DNA of 28,427 nucleotides from an uncultured Verrucomicrobiales bacterium (GTDB lineage Bacteria; Verrucomicrobiota; Verrucomicrobiia; Verrucomicrobiales; DEV007): NCBI GenBank assembly GCA_938091905.1, contig CALKOM010000091.1, positions 1 to 28,427 of the forward strand, read 5' to 3'. Shown piece by piece: positions 18,301 to 26,678 of this stretch (position 1 is its first letter; each line of letters starts with the position of its first letter). The notes under the pieces were generated by a model. It saw only the letters and a program-made list of their open reading frames with translations, ran no database searches and was not told where the DNA came from. The position numbers and the translations under genes were made by a program.

Positions 18301-21300
18301 TCGCCATGTCCCATCGGATACAGTCCGGCTGCATCATTTTCATCAATGAGACCATCCTCAGTGACGTCCCAGATCTGGTAATTTGAATTGTAGGCAGCCT
18401 CACCCAATCCTTTAAAGTAATTCCAGAATAGCCGGTTGTAGACCGGGTAGGCCTTGAGGAAATCTACCCCGCGTAACAGCGCCAACTCCTCGGACAGAAG
18501 AGTAGGAACCTGGTTCTGAAAGGCGAACACGTATGGGTTGGCATCAACGAGGTCAGGCACCAGATTTGTCGCTGGGTCGATGGAGATTGAAGAGCTCTGG
18601 GCATCGGAATAGGCCTCCATGCCGAGTATCTGATAGAATTCGGCCAGTCGGGTTGCTGCTAGCAATAGCGCCAAGTTTGTGCCATCGGTTGCAGCACCTG
18701 GTTGATCGGTGAGATCCTTGGCCCGTTGTAGGACCGTCTCATAAAGTTCTATTAAGCCGACAGCCTCGATCGGATTTTTCTCATCGTTGAGTGCCACAGG
18801 CCCGATATAAGGGCGACCAAACTCTTGGAGCATACTGCTGTAAGTCGCTGGGCTATCTCCGGACCAGTCGGCTGAAAATCTCGCCTCGTAGGGATTGATT
18901 CCATCGAGGATGCGCTTGACCCATCCCATGACCAGTTGAGGTAAAAATCGCTGGCTTCCGTCGGCTTGTAATTGCGGTGAGTTGGAGGCTCCAGCCCACT
19001 GGTAGGGGACGTTGCCTCCGCTTGTTCCGGGGGACCAGTTGGGAGATTGGGCAGCTGGTGACACCAGTCGCCAGCTGGCATCATCCACATCATAATCATC
19101 GGTCGGCATCGGCTCATCCCCGCCCACCATATTATTGACGTCTACGTCACCTAGCTCTTCCCACTGCCCGTAGCGGACATAGAAAAACTTGTCCGAAAGC
19201 GTGATGTCTGGACGTCCTTCAAAAGTGATCGATTGCAGGCCACGCCCCTGATCGTAGATCTGCCAGTCTCCGGCTGAACTAGGATCGTCTGGCGTCTTGA
19301 CCGTATCCAGCGACGTCACGTCTCGCACGTACCATTGGTAATACATGTTCGCAACGTTCCCGCCGAAGTCGCCCGTGTGGTTCAGTTGGATTTTTTCGTC
19401 GAAGACGTTGGTTGGTGTGATCACTTGTATGGAACCACGGTAACGTTCGTCGCCGATCCTTATGATGTGTAGGCCGACTGCCCCATCGACCATTGAGTGA
19501 TTGTTTTCTACGAGCGTGAGGTAACGATTCTCTCCCGCAGGCTCATTGAGTAGATCAGGGTTGGGCACCAGCGCACCTCCCGTACCCAAACTTTTAAGTT
19601 CGATCACATCTCCTTTGCCCTGCCTGACAGGTTGGGTATTTGGAGCCGTGTCATCATAGAAAGCAAATGGTTCGAACTGTTCTCCGTTCTCACCATCTTC
19701 AGGTGTTTGCAGGCCCGACCAGAATTGAGGCTCCTGTGTATCGGAGTCCACTGGATTCTCATTGGGAACGGTAGAGCCAATCTCGTTTGGATCCTGGCTC
19801 TGACGATAGAGATCTTTGATAGCGTTCTCCCATTCCTCGTCACCCTGTTGAAGGCCCTTGAGTTTCTCAAAGTCGGAGAGCGACATCACGTTTGCCTCGA
19901 GAACATAGGGGGTGATCGGCGTTTCGGTGAGATCGGGATCGCCTCCTTCTAGGCCGTTAAGTTGACCGCGGAAGACGAGAACACCGCTTAGTTGATCGTA
20001 GTAGAAACGGTTCTGAAGTGAGCCAGGTAGTTTTGAGTAATACCAGCGGGAACCGACAACTTGCACATCAGACATCCCTGACCTCAGATCCTCCGGAACC
20101 TCTTCCTTACTGAGCGAATAAGTGTAGGTGTCGAGCGGCCGGGTGAGGCGAGCTGAATATTGCTCTAGATCACTAGTTTTGATCACCATTGATGGCGTGA
20201 GCGAATCGTAAATCAGTTCTCCTGAAGCCCAACCTACAACCGCTGGCAGCCCTTTGGCTTCGGGATTGTCTGCCTTATATTCGCCACCTTGGTAAGTCAG
20301 AGTCTCACCGCGTTTCAACACCGGATAGTCTGACCTCCAGTAACTTTCGTAAAGGACAGCCTCGGGCTCTGGTTTCTCACCGACACCATCATCTAAATAG
20401 TCACTGCTCTGCCCGTTCGCTCCGGCCCCTACAGGTAGCCACGCGATCGGGGTTCCCGCATTTTTTTCGTTGAGGCCATCATCATCAGAAAAAAACCAAA
20501 AGTCATCCGCAAGGGGATACCAATTGCGATAGAAAAACTTGCCGGCACCAGTTTCCTGATCTTCCCCTGAGATGACCCAAGCATTGCCGTTTTTATCTCT
20601 CCACAATGTGCGCTGACTCACGCTGTTGTCCTTGACGAGATTTCCACCCTCATTTTCATCTCGAAGGATGACATTTCCGACGACCAGATTTAGTGGGTAA
20701 GGTGGTATCAGGACATCCCCGGCAAAGACGGTGTAGTCAAACTTGTAAGACGGATCAGTAGGTTGGGCTACGGGCACACCCAGTTCGTCCGTTGGTTGGT
20801 GGGTGACAGGATCGAGCGCCGGAAATGGACTGTCACCCTGCTTTTCCTTCTTTACTTGGTAGATCCCCATTTCCCACTTACCGGTGACCAAATTCAAGTA
20901 TTGAACCAGTGTAAAAGGGTCTGAGGTGTAGGTTTCCAGACTTTGCCGATTTGTTTGGTTTAATGTATTCTGCAGCGCAAAGACCGCATCTTGCCCCAGA
21001 GCCACGGCTGTGTCGCCGGTCAGCTCGGACTGGATCGAGGGTGCGACGATAGCATGCTCCTCGTTCGGGTTGAAGCCGGCCGCTGCTCGATCCCGCTGGT
21101 GATAGATCGAAAGTTGTTCGAAGACCGCTGGATCATAGAGGTTATACGGAACATCGTCTGTTTCGTTGCTTCCCGGGACGATATAGATCGGTTTCTTCGG
21201 TGTATTATCTTCGTTGACCCCCTCGCTACCTAGACGACTAGCAATGTAGATCTGGCCGACGTCTGGCTCTTCTGGAAAATCGATATCATTGTAGGTGGCG

Positions 21301-24300
21301 CCTGTGTACGGCCAAGCAGCATCAGGATGGAGAAACGAATCCACAGGTTCCCCGAGGTGGGGGTTTTCGTAAAAGCCGATGCGTAGCTGCTTACTCGCAC
21401 CTTCGAACAAGCCGCTCCAGTTCACCGGATAAATAGGGCCCCATGTGCCAACTTCTGCCGCTTCTCGATTGTAGATCTGTGCGTTGTAGTTCGAGATTGG
21501 ATAGGCGATGTAGCCAGACCCGAAACCGGCCGTATCCAGCGGGGAGCTTATGCGTGATCCGACGGGGACTGAACCAGCGGGCATTTCTTCCCAGGCCTTC
21601 GAGCGCACGATTCGCACGGCGATCTCCTCTTTGGTTGGTTCGAGCGAGCCATTTGTGGCCACGACGCTGGGGTCGGGACTGTAGGTGAAGACCATTACAG
21701 ACCTCGTATCTGCTGTAGATTCAGTGAAGGTCGAATCTTGCTGATTGATACTAGCGGTGGTCATCTCAGAGAAGGCCATCCGCTGGAATGCCCAGTTATC
21801 ATTCGGATCGCGGTCGAGGTCAGCCTTGAAAAGGTCTCCGCTGTTCGGCGAGATGACGTAATTGTAGTGGGCTTCTGGAGCAGCAGGGAAACCGTCAGTC
21901 AGGCTGACATCAGCAAATGTATACGTTGCGATGTAATCCGGTCCACTCCCGAGGCGGGAGCCGTCGTTCTTGGCTGGATCATAAAGATTGGAAATCTCCT
22001 GTTGTTCTCCAGGAAAATCAGCAATCACTTCGATCTCGAAAGACTCGCCGGCGAGATCCTTCCACGTCAGGTTGTAGAAGCCAGGCTTGAGGGGATACCA
22101 CTTCTTGCCGAGGTAATCCCACTGCCACGAGTCTCCGCTACCACCCGTCGCCACGGGTTGCTCGAATGATGTTGAAGTCTTCCGGTTCAAGTTTTCCGTG
22201 GCTACCGGCCCAACGATGTCGATCAGGAGGCCTGTCACATCATCAGGAAGATTCGGAGTTAGCTGGTTATTCGTCGTTCCGATGCTCGATACATCGAGCC
22301 CCTCGCCGATTGTCACCAGTGCTTGGAATACCGTCTTGTCATACTCAAAGGTAATTGACCCCGGTCCACCGATCGCATCGAACTCGTATTCCCGCGTTAC
22401 CTTGCCGCCGTAGCTGCCGTCTAGAAGTGTATCTGGGGTGATCGCTGTGAAAGCGTTGAGGGCCGAGGTGACTCCCGATAACGAGTAGCGGCGATCTTCT
22501 GTCAGGTAGACAGTGCCAACCGTCTGCCGGGCACCTTCCTTGACCCAGCTTTCGAAGACTGAGATGATGCCGCCTGCGAGAGGCGCGGAGCTTGTCTGTT
22601 GCGCTGCATCAAGGTTCAGAGCCCCGGAGAAAAATGGCAGCTTGGAAACCCTAGAAAGTGGCTCTCCCGCACTCATGCCCGCCATATGAACTTTTAGGTC
22701 AAGCTGGAACTGCTTGTCCCATTCCCAGAACACCCGCTCCCAGGTATTCCCCAAGATGTGGGATGTGGTGCTTAGTTGGGTATCTGAAGTGCCCTCGGTC
22801 GCCCTGTAGGAGAATGTTGGAAAGACCGCGGCAGCGATTTGGCGGGGTCCAAGAGTGTCGGGAAAGATCGTATCGAACCCGAGCACTTGAAATCCGATCT
22901 GCTTACCCTCTGAAGAACCGTAGGTGAGCCAGCCACTCTGTTGCTTCAAATAATCATTTCCTCTGAGATACAGGCTCTCGGCGGGTACTGGCTGCCTAGA
23001 GATACCCACATCTTCTGCTTCGTATTCGAGCTCTATATCTTGATTTCCGGTGTATTCGAAAAATTCGATCTCTAGAGAGTGGTCACCCTCAGCTAGGAAC
23101 CTTCGTCCGTCTTTTGCTATAAAGCCGTGTCGGCCGTCGTTATCCACGAGCACGCTGCCATCGAGGCTCATCCGACTCCCGTCATCTGAGCTCAAATAGA
23201 AAGTGTAGTCTCCTGCCTTACCCTCTGGAATCCTGAGTAGACACCGATACACTAGCCCATAAAAATCAGGATTCCCTTCTGCTGAGTCTGGGAGCACAAT
23301 CGAAATATCTGAGATCCCCTGCTCAGGTTCCTGACTTTTTTCAAAATCCGCGAACATCGCATCGATGGTTCCCGGTATTTCCTCAAGCGTCAGTCCGTTC
23401 AGAATGGGATTGTTGTCTCCAGCCGCTCCATCACGCCCGAAGGTAATGGTAGCGGAATCGCTCTGAGCGATAAACTGGCAAGTCAATACTGCCCCCGTCG
23501 AATCATAGTTGCTCTGACCTCCTTGCTCATCTCCAGGACTAAACTTGTCCCAGAGTGGGAACCCATTCAGTTTGACGTCGAAAGATCTTTCGTTCAAACC
23601 CGCGTCTGCAAAGAGAAGTTGTAGTTTGTAAAGAGTCCCACCATCCAGATTTTCCATTTTTACGGATCCTGTGGTGGAAGACCAGCGGATAGATCCCATG
23701 ACTGTTGCTAGCCGTTGGTCGCTTTGTAAAGAACCGTAGTTCGGGCTTCCCCAGACAGGCAATTGGTTGGGCAAATTATAGGTGAATCCCGTAATGTTGT
23801 CTGACACAAAAGCTGCGTCGCGGATTTTTCCTACGGCATTATTTCCGTCTGTCCCGAGATTGACGGCGTAGCGGAAGATCCCATCTAGATCCAGCCCTTC
23901 ACCCTTGTCTCCACCGGAAAACTTTCCGATGGAAACATTTAGAAACTCCTGCTTGGAGGCACCCGGTGCAGGTAGTAAAGCAAGCCGTTTAATTTCGTCT
24001 TCACTAAGTACGGCATCATAAGTGTTCCAGCCATACATAACACTGTTGTCAGCCATCGGATCTGCCACTGCACCGATTCCATCGCCCATTAGTCTGGTGG
24101 ATCCTGACAGGCTAAAAGTTTTGTTGGAAATGATTCCGTCGCAAACTCCGTCGATATACAGCCGGATCTCATTTTTGGCCCCATCACTGACTACGACCAC
24201 ATGAGTATCACGCTCGTAGATGGAGGGGATTTCGGGAATAAATGTACTATCTGCAACCCCAAATTCTGTGACACCAAAGCGCATGGTGTTGTTCCACTGT

Positions 24301-26678
24301 TCCAATCGAATTGAGTAAGCATCGTTTCCAGCGATGCTTGAACTTTCTGTGCTGTCCTCCTTTGCGTTAAAATAGAACTCGTAGGTCGCGCTTGTACCAA
24401 GAGCCCCGAAGTCGACGATGTCGCCTCTATTCGCACTCCTATCGGAAATAGTTCCGCTCAACACACCAGAGGAACTAGCCTTCGGTTCACGAACGGTATC
24501 TCTCCTCAAAAAATTCAGATCCCCGACGCGGTCGGGGTCAACCATACCAGGTAAGCTGGAGTCATCTTGTGAGCTACTTCCATTCAAGTTTTCTATCGCG
24601 TCCGGGAAACTATCGCCATCAGAGTCAAGCGGAGCCTGCGCCCCTCCAAAATAGTATTCATTCTGGCGCACTTGGTAGACGTCGACGATTACCCCTTTAA
24701 AAGATTCATTTGGAACGTGGTCGAACGCGAGTTCTAGAGCCGGTGGCGGATTCGCTGAGGCGTAACTGGCAACCGACATGGACTCACGGATTTGTGTCAT
24801 GCTGCGCAGCTCGTTCCAAATTCTCAGATTATTCAGTCCGCCATCGAAAAAATCAGTCGCGGAGTTACCGTTTTTATTTGAAGCGCCCACTGCCATGCTC
24901 CCCGCTTTAGAGAAGTCGATTGCTGGACTGGTATCTAATACAACCTCTCCGTCTCGATAGAACACAACGCTGTCTTGCACGTTGTCGTTAACGATTGCCC
25001 AATGGTGCCATGCGCTGTCAGTCCAGGAGTCAGGAACCGCAGTTGGTGATTGTTGGCCAGCAGGTGCCTCGATAAACAAACCGCCACCCATACCGAAACC
25101 GACGCAGAGTAAGGGGTCTTCTGCAGGTGGATCTTCCATCAATGAGGTGTCCGCGCTGATCTCCGTGACGGTCTGGATGCCAGCAGAATCAGTGGGGTTC
25201 CGTCTAGCCCAGAACTCGATGGTGAAATTCCCATCATCCGCGACCAATACCCCAGGGCCAACATCGTCAGAGTAGAAATGGTCCGATTGCTGAGAAAACT
25301 CAATGTAATGTTCCGTGGCATCCGGGTCGTTCTCGATCACCACTGATTTCGCAGCAAAGCGTATTGGTTTAAGGCCGACTTGATCACCGACAGAAGAGTA
25401 GACTGCAGACTGGAAGCTTTCTCCCGAATCGGCACCCTGACCGTAAAATCTTGTTCCGAGTGAATCTACAAACTCCGATATCGTGACATCCGTTGAGGTG
25501 ATACCATCGATATTTTCGGTGCCGGTGAATACGGCGCCGAGATTCTCCAACTTCCAGTTCAGCAGAATCGAGGTATCGTGGTTTAATGCCTTTTGAAACG
25601 ACGTCGTATTGACCACGGCTGACTCGTTACCTTCGATGGTCACGCTAGTTAGGCGCGCCCGGTAGCGCGCATAGTCCCTGATGTTTTCGGGCGTCGCTTC
25701 GATTGACTGATGATTGCGGTCGAGGTAGGCGTATGGGGGAGCCGAAAAAGTAATTGGGCTACCTGCCTCGTAGTATTGTGGGCCGCCGCCAACCCGAGGA
25801 GTGATAACGCTCTGACCGTATGCGCTGGTCACCTCTACCTGCACCACATCAGATGTGGTGATTTCGATGTCTTTCAACCACTGGTCAGAATGGTCAAAAC
25901 CGCAGCGTGCCCCGAATCCGATCCGCCATCCTTTGGATGGCAAGTAGGGAACCGCCACGTCCTTCAGTACCGTGATGTTTTCCCAAATGACAGATACCGT
26001 GCCTCCCTCAGACAGGATGACTGAAACCGGAATCTCATTGGAGCCATTCTCCAGAGTGAGAGTGTTAGTATCCGTGAGTGGCCAAAGCAGCGGACTGTCA
26101 GCGGGACGGTCGGGTGTGGACGGATCCCCGTGCGAGCCTCTAAAGCTTGCGCCATCGATCGTTTTGCCATCATACCGGATCTCGATGGCGGGAGCAGAGT
26201 CACCGTCGCCGTTGTGGTAGGTATCAAAGCTGATAGCGAGCCCGGTGTTGGCACCATCCTCCCCGATCGTCTCATTCAGCAAATTCGGGCCAAAATTGAT
26301 GCTGAAGCCATCGGCTGGCGTTGCGCCATTACTATTGACAATGACATTTAGATCAATTCTCAGGGTCTTGACACGAGTCCCTTTGGGCAGCGCATCGATA
26401 ATGAATGTCCCATCCTGGTTTTGTTTGTCATCAGTCAACGAAAGGTAACCATTTGGGCCGCCGACAATCTTTGCATCACCATAGAGGAAGGTATCTTGCG
26501 GCAAGCTGCTATCGCTAAACCGGTAGGTAAGCTGCGTCGATTGAGCCCCGGCCTGCGCGACCACACCGATAAAAAATATCAGTGAGCAAACAGCTCGAAA
26601 CGGATTCGTAGTAGGAAATTTTTGGCGCATGGAAATTGGCACTCGGTTGATTTGGTTGAAAATTTGGTTCCTACTCAA
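15360..26678 (-). CDS. Giant exported protein: N-terminal lectin modules, large unknown core, TcA-toxin-like helical and C-terminal region
   Basis: 11.3 kb uninterrupted ORF, with likely start ATG 26630 and signal peptide ...FIGVVAQAGA. L-lectin (ADGFS, ISFDTY, IGFGAR), LamG x2 (FTIEFW, WHHWA, LRIWN), malectin-like, and PA14 (SSDDGSR, DNDGRH). Long amphipathic helices lie near the C-terminus. The confidence applies to the CDS and lectin domains; the Tc-like call is weaker. Confidence 0.85.
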   Translation of the reverse strand: MSRNQIFNQINRVPISMRQKFPTTNPFRAVCSLIFFIGVVAQAGAQSTQLTYRFSDSSLPQDTFLYGDAKIVGGPNGYLSLTDDKQNQDGTFIIDALPKGTRVKTLRIDLNVIVNSNGATPADGFSINFGPNLLNETIGEDGANTGLAISFDTYHNGDGDSAPAIEIRYDGKTIDGASFRGSHGDPSTPDRPADSPLLWPLTDTNTLTLENGSNEIPVSVILSEGGTVSVIWENITVLKDVAVPYLPSKGWRIGFGARCGFDHSDQWLKDIEITTSDVVQVEVTSAYGQSVITPRVGGGPQYYEAGSPITFSAPPYAYLDRNHQSIEATPENIRDYARYRARLTSVTIEGNESAVVNTTSFQKALNHDTSILLNWKLENLGAVFTGTENIDGITSTDVTISEFVDSLGTRFYGQGADSGESFQSAVYSSVGDQVGLKPIRFAAKSVVIENDPDATEHYIEFSQQSDHFYSDDVGPGVLVADDGNFTIEFWARRNPTDSAGIQTVTEISADTSLMEDPPAEDPLLCVGFGMGGGLFIEAPAGQQSPTAVPDSWTDSAWHHWAIVNDNVQDSVVFYRDGEVVLDTSPAIDFSKAGSMAVGASNKNGNSATDFFDGGLNNLRIWNELRSMTQIRESMSVASYASANPPPALELAFDHVPNESFKGVIVDVYQVRQNEYYFGGAQAPLDSDGDSFPDAIENLNGSSSQDDSSLPGMVDPDRVGDLNFLRRDTVREPKASSSGVLSGTISDRSANRGDIVDFGALGTSATYEFYFNAKEDSTESSSIAGNDAYSIRLEQWNNTMRFGVTEFGVADSTFIPEIPSIYERDTHVVVVSDGAKNEIRLYIDGVCDGIISNKTFSLSGSTRLMGDGIGAVADPMADNSVMYGWNTYDAVLSEDEIKRLALLPAPGASKQEFLNVSIGKFSGGDKGEGLDLDGIFRYAVNLGTDGNNAVGKIRDAAFVSDNITGFTYNLPNQLPVWGSPNYGSLQSDQRLATVMGSIRWSSTTGSVKMENLDGGTLYKLQLLFADAGLNERSFDVKLNGFPLWDKFSPGDEQGGQSNYDSTGAVLTCQFIAQSDSATITFGRDGAAGDNNPILNGLTLEEIPGTIDAMFADFEKSQEPEQGISDISIVLPDSAEGNPDFYGLVYRCLLRIPEGKAGDYTFYLSSDDGSRMSLDGSVLVDNDGRHGFIAKDGRRFLAEGDHSLEIEFFEYTGNQDIELEYEAEDVGISRQPVPAESLYLRGNDYLKQQSGWLTYGSSEGKQIGFQVLGFDTIFPDTLGPRQIAAAVFPTFSYRATEGTSDTQLSTTSHILGNTWERVFWEWDKQFQLDLKVHMAGMSAGEPLSRVSKLPFFSGALNLDAAQQTSSAPLAGGIISVFESWVKEGARQTVGTVYLTEDRRYSLSGVTSALNAFTAITPDTLLDGSYGGKVTREYEFDAIGGPGSITFEYDKTVFQALVTIGEGLDVSSIGTTNNQLTPNLPDDVTGLLIDIVGPVATENLNRKTSTSFEQPVATGGSGDSWQWDYLGKKWYPLKPGFYNLTWKDLAGESFEIEVIADFPGEQQEISNLYDPAKNDGSRLGSGPDYIATYTFADVSLTDGFPAAPEAHYNYVISPNSGDLFKADLDRDPNDNWAFQRMAFSEMTTASINQQDSTFTESTADTRSVMVFTYSPDPSVVATNGSLEPTKEEIAVRIVRSKAWEEMPAGSVPVGSRISSPLDTAGFGSGYIAYPISNYNAQIYNREAAEVGTWGPIYPVNWSGLFEGASKQLRIGFYENPHLGEPVDSFLHPDAAWPYTGATYNDIDFPEEPDVGQIYIASRLGSEGVNEDNTPKKPIYIVPGSNETDDVPYNLYDPAVFEQLSIYHQRDRAAAGFNPNEEHAIVAPSIQSELTGDTAVALGQDAVFALQNTLNQTNRQSLETYTSDPFTLVQYLNLVTGKWEMGIYQVKKEKQGDSPFPALDPVTHQPTDELGVPVAQPTDPSYKFDYTVFAGDVLIPPYPLNLVVGNVILRDENEGGNLVKDNSVSQRTLWRDKNGNAWVISGEDQETGAGKFFYRNWYPLADDFWFFSDDDGLNEKNAGTPIAWLPVGAGANGQSSDYLDDGVGEKPEPEAVLYESYWRSDYPVLKRGETLTYQGGEYKADNPEAKGLPAVVGWASGELIYDSLTPSMVIKTSDLEQYSARLTRPLDTYTYSLSKEEVPEDLRSGMSDVQVVGSRWYYSKLPGSLQNRFYYDQLSGVLVFRGQLNGLEGGDPDLTETPITPYVLEANVMSLSDFEKLKGLQQGDEEWENAIKDLYRQSQDPNEIGSTVPNENPVDSDTQEPQFWSGLQTPEDGENGEQFEPFAFYDDTAPNTQPVRQGKGDVIELKSLGTGGALVPNPDLLNEPAGENRYLTLVENNHSMVDGAVGLHIIRIGDERYRGSIQVITPTNVFDEKIQLNHTGDFGGNVANMYYQWYVRDVTSLDTVKTPDDPSSAGDWQIYDQGRGLQSITFEGRPDITLSDKFFYVRYGQWEELGDVDVNNMVGGDEPMPTDDYDVDDASWRLVSPAAQSPNWSPGTSGGNVPYQWAGASNSPQLQADGSQRFLPQLVMGWVKRILDGINPYEARFSADWSGDSPATYSSMLQEFGRPYIGPVALNDEKNPIEAVGLIELYETVLQRAKDLTDQPGAATDGTNLALLLAATRLAEFYQILGMEAYSDAQSSSISIDPATNLVPDLVDANPYVFAFQNQVPTLLSEELALLRGVDFLKAYPVYNRLFWNYFKGLGEAAYNSNYQIWDVTEDGLIDENDAAGLYPMGHGDAWGHHVHSTKMHYELLRRPGFDWRARAELYSLLGNVIPTDYLDEKSFARIAAQKATVGLNVVKATYRDAYVADPQGQWQGYTDSVDPARAWGVSEWSGRVAHGAWFDWLTGNAIVPTEASAPNDPEQPAEGLDRIDREMNVADLSTLAALMNEIQQTLDGVNQGANPLGMDQDAIMFGMDPLLQNGSPPGRQTHFDQVYKLATSAVGNAQAALSFLNESGQLLRRQKQDNYSLQQKAILQDLDYRNRLINLFGTPHDGQIGPGKLYPEGYTGPDLLTYMYMPAVEVEQITPKASEGHGTPLEFITIQHNATSLSGDDLVGVTWTDWDGNDSVEEANTDSYQYRYYLEGRKAPHVVLGNKPESDTLAAQIPISHTAGYAFKAPSDWGGRRSAGKIESSLNAMLLAEAQMELSLEAYNEYLLGLSILTEQAQDKVNTLIPRIQASRLTEAITLQVLGDVQIVLQGINSAVKSTVGFITVPLDSIKESPGEGGAITTAIQGSIKSATTASAEAVQNIVKTSTNGYLIADRVLEFTKQNLKLVTSQIVAATNDQKELIGILGALSNKLGEEERIRLAIGVKIQAMAMAVSKFKVLESEGLRLQQEREALNKMIAASAQRGRYTDMTTRLSRDEQSRKYQEALNNALNYSWLAAKVYDYETSLSEGHPAAATSILGDIVRTRHLGKWVNGTPQIGNGGLAEILAKLAANHASLKGQLGLNNPQNETGRLSLRTEMLRISGGSDTESTRRWQQALAATRVENLNALPEFRRFCRPFSGADEGPQPGLVIEFETMIEPGLNVFGRPLGGSDHSYSVASFATKINSHAVWLEGYDHSSDGSVELSATPRTYLVPVGEDILRTSDGTKPIKRRWNLVNQRIPQPYAINRSDFDDLSVMPVTQSLDGSFVDRVRFSDFLAFPSISGTTPEVDSTSFSSGLLGRSVANTRWLLIIPGASLKADPHAGLDRFIDTVTDIQLQFETFSHTGM

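Noticed and set aside
15360..26678. Giant gene as NRPS/PKS, RHS toxin or autotransporter
   Set aside because: No A/C/KS motifs, no YD repeats or RHS core, and no C-terminal beta-barrel signature.
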